The notes beneath the pieces are model-generated. The model did not search any database, was not told the DNA's origin, and was given only the letters and a program-made list of their open reading frames with translations. The translations under genes were made by a program, and so were the position numbers. Positions 12,301 through 25,974 of a DNA stretch of 64,000 nucleotides are shown here, piece after piece. Position 1 is the first letter of the stretch, and every line of letters starts with the position of its first letter. This DNA is from Protoeuglena noctilucae (lineage: Eukaryota): positions 806,001 to 870,000 of the forward strand of contig OY253673.1 of assembly GCA_958009085.1 (NCBI GenBank), written 5' to 3'.

Positions 12301-15300
12301 CGACGGCTGCATCGATGCCGGCATGGGGCCCATGCCCGGCACGGCGCCCGTCCCCACACGTGCCCTTCCCAGCCCAGAATCAGCATCGTGAACGTCCGCA
12401 GCGGGCAGCATGGAGCCGTGAGAGCTCGAGAACCGCTGCCACGCTGCATTCGCAGGCGCGCCTGGTTGCTCGGCACCCTCGTGCCCCCACGCACCCCACG
12501 CCTCATGCGCCGCAGCCCGGCCCACTGCATCACCGACGTCGCCAGCGTTACCACCGTCAATGTAGACAATCCCCTCGCGACCCACCGCCCCGTATGCGCC
12601 GTGTGCCCACCCCTCCAGCGAAGCGTCACCCACCCCCGGCCCCCGCTGCCCCACTCTCGCTTCCTCTGGGCCTGTCCACCCCTGCTGCCACCCACCCGGG
12701 CCACCCCGGGACTCCAACCCAGACATTGCGCCCCTCGGCTCTCCCTCCCACCCACGCTGCATGTCTCTAGGCATTTCAGGCGAACGCCCGCCCGTCACCC
12801 CCGCGCCCGGCCATCCACCCTGCGGCGCTCGCGCGCCCCACGCGGGGCCCTGCGCCACCCAGCCCATCCCTGGGTCCCACCCCGGCTCAGAATCTCCACG
12901 CGACCACGGCTGGGGATGCTCCATGCCCACCTCACCACCGTCCCTCCCCTGCCCCACCCATGGCCCTGCAGCCCACGCGGCCTCGGCACCCGCTCCCCGC
13001 TCGACTGGGACGCTCGCCGGAACAGGGTAGCGCCACTGGGCAGCCCGCACAGGCACGCCCCGTGCACGCGGGTCGGCCCTCTGCGCATCGTTCCCTTCCC
13101 ACTGACCATGGGGTGCGGCCCACGCCGGTGGCTGAGGGTGCCCCATTTGAGAGTACCTGATGTCCTCTTCCATCGGTCTCTCGACACCAGGAGCCACACG
13201 CACTGCGCCCACACCCGACGGCGCACCCCACCCACCGCCGGCTGCCTGGGCCGTCACGCGCCCCATCGCGCCTCCCCAACGCCCCTGCCCTCCGGCCCCT
13301 GACAGAGCCGCCCCACCCCAAGCGCCGTCACCCCATGCACTCCCCCTTGGGTCCTCCCCGCGCCCCTGCGCCCCGCCCACCCTCGCCTGCCCCGCCAGCG
13401 CAGTCCACGCCCCCCGCACCGCCCGCGCCGCCTCCTCCGCCGCCTCCCGCACCGCTCCCTCAAAGTCCGCGATCCGCTGCGCCCGGCGGTGCGCGCGCGT
13501 GAGCCCCGTCCCAGTCGCGCTGAGCCCCGAGGACGACTCCGTGGCCACCGACGCGGCCGCATCCAAAGCCGACGCCTCGCTCACGGACCCCCACCGCGCC
13601 GCCTCGCTCGCCACCGACCAGTGCAGGCGGGGCGGCGGACCCATCGCCGCGCCATGTGCCCCACCGGCCCCTGCACCTGGCCCTTCCCCTCTCCGCCCAC
13701 TCCACGGCGACTGCGTGCCGTCCCTCTCAAACCCCTCCTCCGTCCCTCCAGGCAGCATGCCGGACGTGAGATCCGACCGGACCAGCCCCAGGGGGTACAC
13801 CCCCGCGCCCACCGCCCCCTCGCCGCTCTGCAGACTCTGCGAGCGACCCGCATCTCCGAAAGGGTCCGGGAACCCGCGGCGGCCCAACGCAGCCCCGTTG
13901 CCTCCGCCCCTGCGCCCGCCTCTGAAGCCCCCATCCCCACTGCTCCCGGCACCCCCGCTGCTGTCGCCACTGGTGTCGCCACCACCGCCGCCGCCGCCAC
14001 TGCCATCACCGCTGCTGTCGCCGCTGCTATCGCCCCTTCCGAGTCCCTGCGGTGGGCGGCCGCCCTCGTATTCCTCCGCATCCCCCTCCAGATCGCCCTC
14101 TGGCAACTCCGCGAACCCCACCGACCGTCCGGACGGGGACGCCCCCCGCGGCCCACGGTCCTCCAGGGAAGTGCGGAGGATGCTGCGGACAGATGACGAG
14201 GCGTGCGGCCGGCTGGGCCCGGCGTGCGGGTGCTCGGCGGACGAACCGCGGGGCCAGGGGGGCGGGGACGGCAGGGGGCGCCTGCGGAGGTGCCGGAGGG
14301 CGGGCGGCGGGCGTTGCGCTGGGTTTTGGGGCGGGCATTGTAAACGCGAGACATGGCACCCATCACTGTGTCTTTGTACGCGTGGCACACACGCACCGCA
14401 TCTGCTTGCCGCTGCAATGCTCACCGAAGAGAGGTTTCCATGTCTCGTGACCGAGCGCCGTCGTCGCCCGCCCCGCCGCGAGCAAGTGCCGGGAATGCCC
14501 CGACGGGCAGCTGCGGGGACCGCCGTCCCTCACTGTGCTCCCGTCCGCTCCCTCCCTCAGACGCGCTGCGCCGGCTGGACTGCCCCCGCACCCGCGACCT
14601 CCCGCGTTCGCGCGGACCGGCATGGAGTGCCTCGGAGGCGCTGGACCGACGCGAGCCCCGACCGCTGTCGCTGAATGCCTCGTTCCCCACGGGGCCTGCG
14701 CCCTCATGCACGCTGCGATGCGTGCGCGCCTCTTGCACGGTAGCCGCCTCACGTTGAGAGCCCCGTATGCTTGCCACTGCACCCTCGTGCACGCTGCGAT
14801 GGGTGCCGGCCTCCTGCACTGTCGCCGCCTCCCGCTGCGAGCCTCTCCGGCTAGTCGTCGTGCTCTCATGCACGCTGCGGTGCGTGCGCGCCTCTTGCAC
14901 GGTCGCCGCCTCCCGCTGCGATCCCCGCCCCACGACCGCGCCCCCCTCGCTCGCCCGATACCGCCGCTGCCCTCCGCCGTCGCTTGCCTCGCTCGATCGC
15001 CGCCGCAGCATCGCAGGCGGCCCTGCCACGGCGCCTTCCTCGGACTGAGACGTGTTCTCGTCACTGGGACCCTCCAAAGGCAGCACCGCGTTCCCGAACG
15101 TCGGCAGGTCAGACGTGGAGGTGCGGACGTCGACGGACAGGGGCGGGGGCCGGGCGGCTGCGCGAGGGCCATCCAAGGTCGGGTGCGGGGCAGGGCGGCT
15201 GGCAGGGAGACCCGCGGGCACGAGGGGTGGCAGGCCACCGAGCGAGGAGGACCTGGGGCTGTGCCCAGTTGACCCTGCGAGGGCGAGGCAGGCGGAGTGG

Positions 15301-16380
15301 GATTGTGCGTCGCTTGCTGATGCATGACAAGTGACACTTGGGCTAGTGATGTCACCAAGGCGCCATGGAGGCTGCCAATGCATCGCGAAGTGCCTCACCG
15401 GGCGTAGACCAGGCCCCGCGGGCGGTGGGCCGGAGCACGCGGGGCAGGGCGGTGGGGCCGGTTGGCTGGGGCGGGACGCGGAGGGCGGTCAGCGGGGCAG
15501 GGAGGCCGAGAGAGGAAGAGGCGCACGCGGAGTCGCTCGACGGCGTCGTCGCGGTGTCTGTGCGTCCCGGCGCCAAGTCCACGTCTCCCTCCTCAGCCCC
15601 AGCAGCAGGGCCGTCGTTGCCCGGAAGGGGCGCCCACCGCGTGGTCGGGAAAGGGCCCTCCACGCCCGCCTCCTCGACGCCCCTCGCGTCGAAGTGAGCG
15701 AGCGTGCTGCGACGCCTCTCCTGGCTGGGGCCGGAGCTGGGGGTCGAGCTCGGAGTCATCCTCTCTGGGTCCGGCCCGAAGTCTTCGGCAAGGTCGCTGG
15801 CGCCCCGGCTTTGCTTCGCCTTCGCGCGGCGCTTCTTGCGCCGGCGCGGACGCGTCTCGATCGCGACCAGCGATCGCGGCTGCGGAATGACCATCGGGAC
15901 GCCGAAGGGCTCGATCGCCGCGGCAAGGGCGATGGCATCGAGCTTGCGCAGGGCCGACGTCTGCCCGCACTGCTTGGGGGTGTACCCGCCGCACGCCATC
16001 TGGCTCACGAAAAGCACTGGCGCACGTTTCGCCATCACGCCCCCTCCCACGCATCGGCAGCGGCGACCCCGCGCACAGTTGAGGCAGCATGGATTCGTGC
16101 CCCATCCGGAACGCTGCGGGGGCGGTGAGTTGAAATACTCGCGGTCCAGGGAAGATGTCATCTAAAATGTTAAGCCAATGACGCATCGGAGATGGCTGCG
16201 AAGGCACCAGGGACGCCCCTGCTGCCTGCCGAATGTCCTGCTCATGCACGCACCTTGCCCGCCGCTTCGTGGGCTTTCCTGATGGCGCCGTCCAGCACAA
16301 GCATGCCCCCTTGCCGTTTTGAACTGTCCGCCTGCTCGAGCAGGCGCCCCTCCCGGGAGCGCCTCTCCCAGCGCATCGTT
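9369..16380 (-). CDS. Very large, mostly disordered Gly/Ala/Arg-rich protein with C-terminal coiled coils (multi-exon; 5' end uncertain)
   Basis: Chain of long minus-strand ORFs (15352-16161, 14421-15398, 11614-14424, 10732-11460, 10400-10610, 9369-10300) with splice-like junctions. Coiled-coil exons (MQSELERVMEALARAEQELQE; DELERHAARLERQISSLL). Could be more than one gene. Confidence 0.55.
14695..14930. repeat. Coding tandem repeat, 81-bp unit x ~3
   Basis: Units start at 14701, 14782 and 14863. The minus strand encodes RGSQREAATVQEA(R/G)THRSVHE plus 6 variable residues per unit. Confidence 0.9.
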
Positions 16381-16791
16381 CACCCTCCAGACGACGAGGC
16401 TGACAGCGCCATGAAGAGCGGCGCGAGTAGCCAGGCGTGGCTAAAGCGAGACGGTTCCAGCGCGCAGCATGGCGATGTGTCCTAGCCCAAGGAGCGCGAG
16501 GAAATTTGAAATCAGATGCAAGACGTAGGCGGGAGGTTCTGCCCCGACGCAGCGCACTTCCCGGGTTCCCTCACGGACTTGCCCCGAAATCCACGCGTGC
16601 TTCCCTTTTCGTAGCTGGAGGGCGTCGTGACCTAGGCGCCAGTAATCAACCGGCAGCCGCTCCGCCAGAACAGCTGCTGTGAGCTGAGCTCATGGCGCCC
16701 GATGGGCCCGCCACGCAAGTAAGTGACAGCGAGCCTCGAGCAGGAGGTCTGGGTACGTTAGTCTGGCCAGCGGACAACGTGCTGAGGCCGG

Positions 16792-19700
16792 ATGCAGCGG
16801 GTGACCCTTCGGGGCGCACTGCCGCCGCTGCCGGCTCGCCCGCGCAGGCTGGCTCTGGCACATCAGCGCACTTTGCTTTGCCGCGCACAATCATCTGGCT
16901 CGAGAGCCTCGGGAGCTGGTGAGCGGGACGGGGGAAGTGAGATGGATGCATTATATCGGAGGTTGCGTCTCGCTGCGTACACCCAGAGCTCATGTTCGGG
17001 AGCTCTGAACGTTCATGGTCATGCGCCAACCCATAACCCCGTGTTGGCACCACACACGCGCCTGCACGAGCTCGTCGGCTCGCGGCATCCGGCCTCACGC
17101 TCCGGGTGGCGCCCCGTGCTTAGAAAAGCGTTGCGCGTCATGTGACGTCTCAGTCATGCATCCATCATTGCGAGGCATGGCCACCGGCCGGGGATAGCCT
17201 CGCGACTGCGAAGCTCCGGAGGTCATCGTGCCGTCCTGTGTGTTATCGACCCCGCAATCGTCCCCGCACCCGCAGAGCGAAGCTGGGCTGCAGCTGAGGC
17301 GGTCGCTCTGCTTGGCGCTGTGTCCGGCGCCGCCGCGGCGATCTACACGGGCAATGCAAAATGGGCGTACGCCTCCGTGTGCTTGCCCGTCGTCGCCTGG
17401 GTCGCCGGGGTGCAGAAGTCGCGCGAGATCCGCGCAGTGCAGCGACAGGAGCTCGAAGAATTCGCGGGCAGGCTCGAAACGGTGTACAAAGAGCACAGGC
17501 AAGCGGATGCGGACATCGGGAAGCTCCCTGCCTTTGCCCTGGCGATGCCTACTTGATTACACGTTGCTTTGATCTAAAATAAAGCCATCGCGACCATTCC
17601 CGCAGCACGGCGGCCGTGGCGGAGGCCCTGGTGCAGGCGGGGCGGTCGGGGCAGGCGTGGGCGAGCGCGACGCAGCTCAAGAGAGTGGAGGCGAAGCTGT
17701 CGGCTATGGAGGGTTCGGTGTTGGCGGCGGGCGCGGCGGCGCAGGGGGCCGCGGGTGCGGCGGAGGCCGCCGTGGAGCGCGCTGCGAGGGAGGTGGCGCG
17801 GGAGGTGGCGGTCGAAGTGCAGCGGGGCGTCATGGGGCCGATGGGGCAGACCGAGGCGAGACGGGCGGGACTGGCGCCGCTGGGGTCAGGAGCCGTGCTG
17901 GGTTGTGTCTGGGTCGGTGCTTGGCTCACCATGCGTGCAGGGACTGGCAAAGGCCAGTTTGTCGTGAGACTGTATGCCATGCATGATGACCATGACACAG
18001 TGTTGTGACCTGTGCTCAGTAAAGTTCTTGGTACACTCGCAACCTCACTCCCTCGCATGTCATCACCTGTCCCCACCCCGCCGCAGCGCACGCTGGAGGG
18101 GCTGGAGCGCACCGTGGGTGCGTTGGAGGTGCAGCAGCGGGAGTCGATGCGCAAGGTGGCGGGGAGCATACGGGGCCTGCTGGCGGAGGTTGATGACGCC
18201 GTGCGTGCCGCGGTGCGGTCGTCTGTGGCTCAGGGCGTGCTGCCTGGTGTGGCATCGACAGCGGCGTTCACTGCGGACGGCACTGGGATGCAGGGCGCGG
18301 GGCTGCGGCTGGCGGAGGGCGACTTAGCGGCGCTTCGGGAGATGGTGCGGGCGGAGTTGGCTGCGGGGCTGGACAGGTAAGGCGGCGTGGGGCTGGCGGG
18401 GTTGAGGGCATGTGGGGCGTTGTGAGGCAGCCGGCCATCGCACCTGTTGTTGGTTCTGGACGATTGAGTGGCCTTACCAATGCCAAGTGACTCGTCGATG
18501 CAGCCCCACGTACCCTGCTCTGCACCCCTCGCCCTTCACACCTCACCCAGTCACCGTCACCCCTCGCCCTCTGCTCTTCTCAGGCTGGACGAGGGCGCGG
18601 CCGGCGCCGTGCAGGAAGCGGTGGAGCGCGCCACTCGCGCGCTGGCGGACCAGATCGCCGCGGACGTGGTGACGGCAGAGCTGGAGTCGGAGCAATGGAC
18701 GGCCCTGGGGCGGAGGCTGGGAGCGCTTGAGGCCAGCCTGCGTGAGGTCCCCGGGGAGATCGGGGAGAGCATCCGCGCGGAGCTGAGGAGGGGCGCGGAG
18801 GCGGCCATGGGGGCGCGCGAGGGCGACGGGGTGAGGGGCTGGGGTACTAGACCCGCAGGGGTGGGCGGCGTGATGAAAGCGCACGGACCATTCGTGTATC
18901 CATGGCGGTGTCGATTTAATTAATAGTGAGGATGTCGTCATGTAATGTCGGCAAACGCGTTGCTCCGTTTGCACCCCGCAGGCGGGACAGGAGGGGGCCT
19001 GGGCACCGGACGCCGAGTGGGCGCGGGCAGTGGCCGTTGACGTGGTGCGGGCGCTGCGGGAGACCGAGGAAGCGGAGTTTGCAGGGAAAGCAGAGCGGGA
19101 CGGGGAAGCAGCGGAGACGAGCGACGGGGAGTCGAAAGAGTCGACCGTCAGCGAAGAGGTGCTGGCGGAGGTGCGCGCGTTGCGGGCGGCGCTGGAGGCC
19201 GGGGCGCGGACGAATGGCGGTCGGTCGGAGGGTGGCGCGTCAGCTGCGGCGTCGGGGCGAGACGCGGGGCCACCGGCGGCGGGGTCAGGAGGGGCGCCGT
19301 CACGAGCGCTGCCGGGCGGTGCGGATGAACCGAGGGCGTTTGCTGAGTGGGTGGCCGAGGCAGGCGGGCGAGGGAGCGTGGGGGCAGATGCGGGCGTTGC
19401 TTGGGACGCGGGTCCTGGGGTGGAGTTGGAAGTGGCTGGGTCGAGGCGGCAGGAGGAGCGGGGGCGTGAGTGGGCGAGGGGTGAAGAGAGGCGTGCGGAG
19501 GCGAGGGGTGGTGCGGGGGCGGGGAGGGGAGATAGGGAGGGTCGGGAGGGTCCGTGGGGTGGTGCAGGGTATGAGGACGAGGATGGGGAAGAGGGTGTGG
19601 TGCGAGAGATGGCACGGCGCAACGGGGCGGCGGATGCTGGGGCGGGTGTGGGGGAAACGCGGGACTATGATGGCGCAGTGGGTGCGTCGGGGGCGAGTGC

Positions 19701-21570
19701 GGGGCCTGAGAGGCTCGGGGAAGGGCCGGAGGGGAGGGTGGAGGGGAGGGGTGAGGGGCGGTCTCCGGATGCGTGGGCAGAGGGGCGTGGTGCCGAGCTG
19801 GGCGTGAGTGGGGAGGTTTTGGACGTGGTGGAGGAGCTGGAGCGGGCGCGGGATGTGGAGGGCCTCGTTCAGGTGACGGGGGTGTGGCGGGCTGCAGTGC
19901 GATGATGGCGCATGTGTGTCGCAGCTGCATTGGCCCATGTCTTGTTCCTTTCTATACTGTGCTTATAATATGAAATGTGTTATTCTCACACCATTTCCTC
20001 GCTTTCTCTCCCAGGAGGGCCTCGCCCTGCTCAAGGACGGCCGTGCGCTGCTGCGCGACCCCCAGGAGTCCGGCATTGGCGCAGCGCAGTCGGTGCTGGC
20101 TGCCGCGGACCTCTGCTTCGAGGCCGCGTGCCGACTGGACCCGGACTCCGCGCAGGCGCTCGGGTGAGACGAGGGACGCGGAGCGCAGGCGGCGCGGCGT
20201 GGGGTGGCACGGGCGCTGCACCTCTGCTCCCCATGCCTGCCTTGCCGAGCCAACTTGACTTATCTTATCTGATGTCATGTCATCTCACCTCATCTCTGCT
20301 CGATCTGTGCTCTTAGGAACTGGGGCAACACACTGATGGCCATGGCGCAGGCGAAGATCCGACTGGCTCAGATGGTGCGGGAGACGGTCGAGCCATCCCA
20401 GGTGCGTGCCCGCTCGTCTCACCTCATCTCTCGTACCCGCTCGTCTCATCTCATCTCCCGCACCTGCTCATCGCTCTCATCTCGTCTCCCATCTTCGCTC
20501 CGCGCTCACAGGGCCGCCGTTCCCCCGCCCCGTCCCCGCCCGTTCCCGGCGCCAAGGCAGAGCGCGCATGGGTGCGATTGGAGGAAGAGGCCGCGGAGTT
20601 GCTGACGCAGGCGGGGAGGCGTTTCCGACGGGTGCTGGAGTTGGACGCGGGGGACGCCAGGGCTCTGACCAACTGGTAAGGTTAATGAGATGGGAGTGGG
20701 GTGGGGTGATGTGACTTGAGTGGGGGAGTGGGTGGGGTGTCATGAGGATGGATGCGGCAGTGCGGTGTGCTGCCATGCTAACGCCCTCAGCCCTCTCTTT
20801 CTTGTTGTTGCCATGCTCGCGCTCTCAGCCCTACCTTCAACCTTCCTCCTCCTCCTCTCGCACCTCCCAGGGGCCACGTGCTGTGCATGCGCGCCCGGCT
20901 GACCACGTCCCGCGACCCCGCCACCGCGGCGAGGCTCTACGAGGCGGCCGTGGAGAAATTCACCGTGGCATGCGAGGTGAGAGGGCACCGGGGTTCAAAA
21001 GATATGGTAATACTTGCCACGTCTATCTCAGATGTGCCGGGTATTCGTTGACCATGTCTGTGCATCACCAAGATGACGTGCGTGCAATCGTTGCTGTCAC
21101 TCACACGCACGCATCCTTCTCGCCTCTGCTCTGCTCCCCCGCAGGTCGAGGGAGTGCGCGACCCGCCCCTCCGCCCCCTTGGCATGGCTCTCCGTGACCT
21201 GGCGGGTCTGCTGCCCCAGGGGTCCCTGGATTGGGCCGAGGCAATGGAAGACGCGGCTGCCAACCTGCGACTGGCGCTGGACAGGACACGAGGCGAGGAT
21301 GTATGCCGGGGGGTGCGGGGTGTGCGTGACGTGACGTGGAAGATTCCTGGCTGCACCCTTCGCTGCGCTGCTGAACTCTGCTCTGCCCTGCTCTCCTTGC
21401 ATGTCACACTATGCGACACACGGCACCCCCCTGCCCCGCTCTGCTCTCCTTTCGTCGGCGACCACACCCCCACTGTCGCGATGCTTACAGATGACCCGGC
21501 AGCAGAGGCGGCGTTGGCGGAGATCGAAGATGAACTGGGGACCAGGGGGGCAGCCGCGTGGAAGCTGTGA
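16792..21570 (+). CDS. Plastid-targeted membrane protein with coiled coils and C-terminal TPR-like repeats
   Basis: Transit-like MQRVTLRGALPPLPARPRRLALAHQRTLLCRAQ; hydrophobic hairpin (VALLGAVSGAAAAIYTG..WAYASVCLPVVAWVAGV); TPR-like exons FEAACRLDPDSAQALGNWGNTL and RRVLELDAGDARALTNWGHVLCMRA; stop at 21570. Confidence 0.7.
20410..20493. repeat. Degenerate intronic (CTCAT/CTCGT) pyrimidine-rich repeat
   Basis: ccgctcgtctcacctcatctctcgtacccgctcgtctcatctcatctcccgcacc... inside an intron of the TPR gene. Confidence 0.6.
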
Positions 21571-21775
21571 GGGGTGCCGAGAGGAGAGGGATGGTGGTGG
21601 ATGAGGGGTACAGCTTAACTGGTTACCAGTGCTCTCTTACTCGTGTGCTGCTTAGAGCGTCACTCAATGATCGTGCTCTCCACACCGCGCAGCCTCTTGA
21701 AACACAAAGGGGCAGCTGTGCAGTCACAACGCACGCGACACACAGAGCGCACTTTCCCTGTGAGGCCCCACGCTG

Positions 21776-23626
21776 TCACGACCCCTCCGTGCAAAGGGGG
21801 CACTGGCACAGGAACCCATAGCCTTGGAGCAGATGCTGTCTACGCACGTCAGTGGCCAAAGAGCTGTCCGTGTAGGTGATGGTAAGCTCCTCCCCCGCGT
21901 CAATGTCCCTGTGGGTCGGCAAAGAGATAAGAAGAGAGTTTGCAGAAAGGGGGTGGGTGGCTACGGGGCAAGTGGGTCGGGCAAGCCGAGTGGGTGGCAA
22001 GCGCTGATTGGGTGACAGATGGGCCGTCTCACCTCCGCGCCCGCATCTCCATCTTGGCGTCTCCCCTTGGAAAGAGCACATCGACGTTGGGCTCGCATGC
22101 GTGGTTGAACATGGATGGGACCAGGTACATCGCCGACCCCGCACGGTGCCCGCTGCCCTCACGCTCCCCCGCCTCGGCCACGGTGCCCGCCGCCGCCGCC
22201 TCCAGCATCCGCGCAAAGCTCGACGGGCCCGGCGACCCTGCATTGTGATGGAAGGCTTCATGTGAGGTGTGAGCAAGGGATGGGCTGCATGCGTATGTCA
22301 GCAGCTCAACCCTCCCTGCTCTCCCTGGGCCCCATACGATACAGGAAGCTCCTCAAACCCCTCTGCTACCTCTGTCACCGTGCATCTCTCCCTCCCCACC
22401 CACCGCCCCCACCAGCCCCAGCCCACCCCCCCGCACCCACCTTCGTCCATTGATGCAACGGGACGGGGCAGCTCGACGCGGAAAGCGTTCAAGTGAGCCC
22501 GCGCGGCCATTCCCAGGAACCACTCGGCCGTCACCGACTCTGTCAGGCTCCGCTGCAGGGCCGCGTGGGCCCCAAAGGCCTCCCCGATGGCCCCACGCAG
22601 AGCGGCGTACGCCTCGATCCACGCCGCCGGTGCCCCACGCCACTCCTGCCCCAGCCCCTCTCGCACCGCTGCGCCCGCCGCTGCCAGCGCCCCCGCCTGC
22701 CCGCAGTTTCCAGAAGTGCTCCCTGGGTTCCCCATCGGCCCCGGCCCCTCCGCCCCAGGCCTCTTCTCCTCATCACCCGTCGCCCCTCCTGGGCGCACTG
22801 CAGAGTCCAAAACACCGCTGTTCCCATCGTGTCCTATCCCATCGTCCCTTGCGCGCGCCCCGTCGCCACCATCACGCAGGTGGTGATGGGCACCGTCATA
22901 ACTGTCGTGCTGCCCCGCTACCGTCGCCGTCGTCGCCTCGTTTGCCGAGTCCCCGGGTGCACGCGTGCGCACGCGGCAGAGGTGGGAGAGGAGCCCGAGC
23001 GACGCGAGGACACTGTCGCGAGATGCGAGGCCGCTGCCTCGCCGCAGCACCAAGTCCGTCTCGACCCTGCTCGTGCATGTCACAAAGCATCAGCTCATGC
23101 GACCAGGGGCGTCGCTGCACTCGCGCACTGTTGTCCACAAGCAGGGCCCACTCACCCGAGCCGCATCAGCGCCGCGCGACCTGCCAGGAGCGCAGCGTTT
23201 GCGCCAACACACGCGTCGAAGAAAGGCCTCGTGTCGATCTTCCGCTGAATGCCCGCGAACGTCCCCGCGGCCTTCTCAGCGCATGACCCGCTGCAAAAGT
23301 GCTGCGCGGAGGTGGAGAAGGCTGCTGGCGCAAGAGCAAGCGGGGGCCGATAGCAGCGCAAGACGCGACCGCACCATGCTTCTCCCTGCCCCAATGCCCG
23401 GTATGGTCACAGCCGAGCCCCACTTGAGGCACCAGTGGCACACGTGGCTCATATCCTCGCTGACCGTCGGATGGGAGATGGCTGGCTCGGCGCCGTAGAG
23501 GATTTGGCCCTGCCGAAGGGGCACCGCTGCGACAACTCCTCGGCCAGCATGCGCAGTGACGCACACGCGGATGGGACTGCCGAACAGCGCCATGCGGAAG
23601 AGCTCCAGCGAGGCCTCATAAACCAT
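21776..23626 (-). CDS. ATXR4: SMYD-type split SET-domain lysine methyltransferase, ATXR4-like
   Basis: PIRVCVTAHAGRGVVA (SET-N), VCHWCL, WFLGMAARAHLNAFRV, MYLVPSMFNHACEPN, RDIDAGEELTITY and post-SET GYGFLCQCPLC. Confidence 0.8.
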
Positions 23627-23838
23627 CTTGCTCTAGAGGTCGCGGAGCGAAGGGCTCCATGCAGGGGTTGCGGTCTAAACAAAGTCACTGCGCACCGCCG
23701 TCGTGCTGGCTTGGCGTGTGTGGTTGAGGGACGTATCGTTTCGCTTCAGCGATCTTCAGAAAGCATCTCGTGCTCTGGAGACCAGAAACTGCAAGAAAGC
23801 GTATCGTGCCGTGCTGTGCCATGCCCTGGCAAGCAGGC

Positions 23839-25500
23839 CTATTCGCCGCGTCCCGTGGCTGACGGCGGTCGCAGCTTGCCCCGCGACAGCACGTTCCCGA
23901 CCTCGCTCAGCGCGGGCCCGGCCGCTGCGCCGCCGGCCACCTTCCCGCCGGACGCGCGCAGCTCGCTGGCCTTCGTTCGCCGCGTAGGCGCCATCACCGG
24001 CTCGGCGCTCAAAAGCGGAGGCGCGAGGTGCTGCACGCCGCCGTCCTTCCCGCCAGCCCTCTTGCCGCCGAGCAGCCCAGCATCCACGCTCGACCGCAGG
24101 GAGCTGCGAGAGGCGACGCCAGTGGGACTGACGGTGCACACAGCATTCTGAGATTACCTCAAGTCACAATGCAGCACAGTTCTCGCCATGCCAGCCGCAA
24201 GGGGTCACCTTCCAGGGGTGGGAATGCGGCTGGTCGCCTCTGCGACGGCAGACTTGACGTCGGCGAGCGACGTGCGGAGGGACGAGGTGCCGGACGCGGA
24301 CCCCGGCCGCCCCAGCTGCGTCGCCTTGCTGTCCCCCACCGCCAGGAGACGCCGCAGGTGCTTGGCCTCTTTCGCACTGCAGGCGCCGACAAGCCGAGCA
24401 GGGCCTTGCATCAAGCACCCACCGCCACAGCGTCCACAGCCACCCCGGCGGGCATCCCGTCGCCGGATCGACGCTCACCTCTCCGCAGCGCGTGCCTCCG
24501 CCTCCGCCGCCCTCGCCAGCGCGGCGTTGGCCCGCTCCTCCGCCCGTGCGAGCGCCTCGCCCAGTGCCGCCCTCCGCGCCTCCTCCCGCTTCGCCTCCTT
24601 CTCCAGCCGCGCCCTCGTCTGCTCCTCCCTCGCCAGCCTACGGGCCAGGTCGGCCGCCCGGGCTTCCACGGCCTTGGTGCTCGCCCCCTGCTCGCCCGTC
24701 CGCCTAGCCCGCTCCTGCTCCGCGGCCAGCTTGGCCTCCAGCGCCGCCAGCTCTTCGCCTTTCCGATGGCACTCGCTCCGCACGCACGACAGCTCCGCCG
24801 TGGCCGCGCGCAACGCATCCCGCTCCTCCTGCACCACAGGGCGAGGCGCCACGCGTCGCCTGCAGGGTTGAGGCCATGACACATACCGCGTGCTGCCCGC
24901 AACTCCAACGCACAGTCAAATCGTTCTCCAGTTTCCCGGTGTCCCTCTCCGCGCCCTCCTTGCCCTCCACGGGCCGCTGCTTCCCCGCCAGTGCCTCCAG
25001 CTGGGCCAACAGACGGGTGGCCTGCGGTGGGCGAGGGCTGCCGGGGTTTCCGCCGCTGTCTGCACCCTTACCACTGCCCGCAATCGGGGTGTCTGCGTCC
25101 CGTCACCTCGGCCCTCGCGCCCTGCAGCTCTGACTCGAGGCGCGTCGCACGTGCTGCGGCCTGGGCTGCAGCCTCGCGCGCGGCGTCGACCTGCGCCTGC
25201 ATCGCCGCCGTCTCCTCTTCCTTGCGACACAGCCGGCTTTGACACGTCGACAGCTGATGATTCAGCGCCGTGACTTCCCTCCGCGCATCAGCAACGCCAC
25301 CGTCAGCCTGCAAGCCCGTCTTGTCCGCAGACTGCGCTTCATTCGATGCTTCGCATCTGGACTTGAACTGGAGAATGTTGGGCGTGCAGCATTCGATCGA
25401 ATCGCTCGACACCGGGTGGGCCTGTGCACGGGCGACAACGGGGGCTCAGCCCTAAGCCTGGGCGGAAGTGACAGAGGCCGCGGCAGCCCAGCGGCGTTCA
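23839..25500 (-). CDS. Coiled-coil protein of unknown function (5' end uncertain)
   Basis: Heptad-rich exons ARREVTALNHQLSTCQSRLCRKEEE and EERDALRAATAELSCVRSECHRKGEELAALEAKL. Low-complexity tail ends at 23839. Confidence 0.6.
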
Positions 25501-25974
25501 TGAACGCGGAAAATCAATGCAAGTCTCACTGCAACTGGCCGCGGCGATCACCTCTATGTCGACGGCCCGCGGGCCCGGGCCACCCTGGCTCACCATTTGC
25601 GAGAATTTGCGCTTTCCTGTCCCTAATCTCACGAGGAGAGGCCAGAAGGGCAAGAAGCGATAACGGTTTGGTTGATTGGGCGCGCTTGACGGTGGGTGCA
25701 CGGTTACACGCCGATGGCGATGTTGGCCCGGGCCCGGACAATGTCAGGGACATGCCAGCCAAACTGTGTCACAGTCTCACCGTTTTGACAGCGGCGCCAC
25801 TCCGCAGGCAGCTTATACGAGTGAGGTCGGAGTTTTTGGGCCGCTGCGCTCCAGCCTTCGGGCAGCTCCAGCCAGGGGCACGGCAAACGCGAAGGCCGCC
25901 TCCCTTAGAGTTAGTTAGTGTGTGTTGTGGACCTAGATACTTAGTTCGTTCGACGTAGAAATAGCGATGCTAGC

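Noticed and set aside
13160..14674. Long Pro/Ser-rich plus-strand ORF (504 aa) and similar antisense ORFs (18543-19622, 27407-28597, 52860-54266)
   Set aside because: These are shadows of real genes on the opposite strand; stop codons are rare at this GC content.
14695..14930. Repeat-spacer pattern resembling a CRISPR array
   Set aside because: The unit is 81 bp, in frame within a eukaryotic exon, with only 18-nt variable parts and no cas genes.
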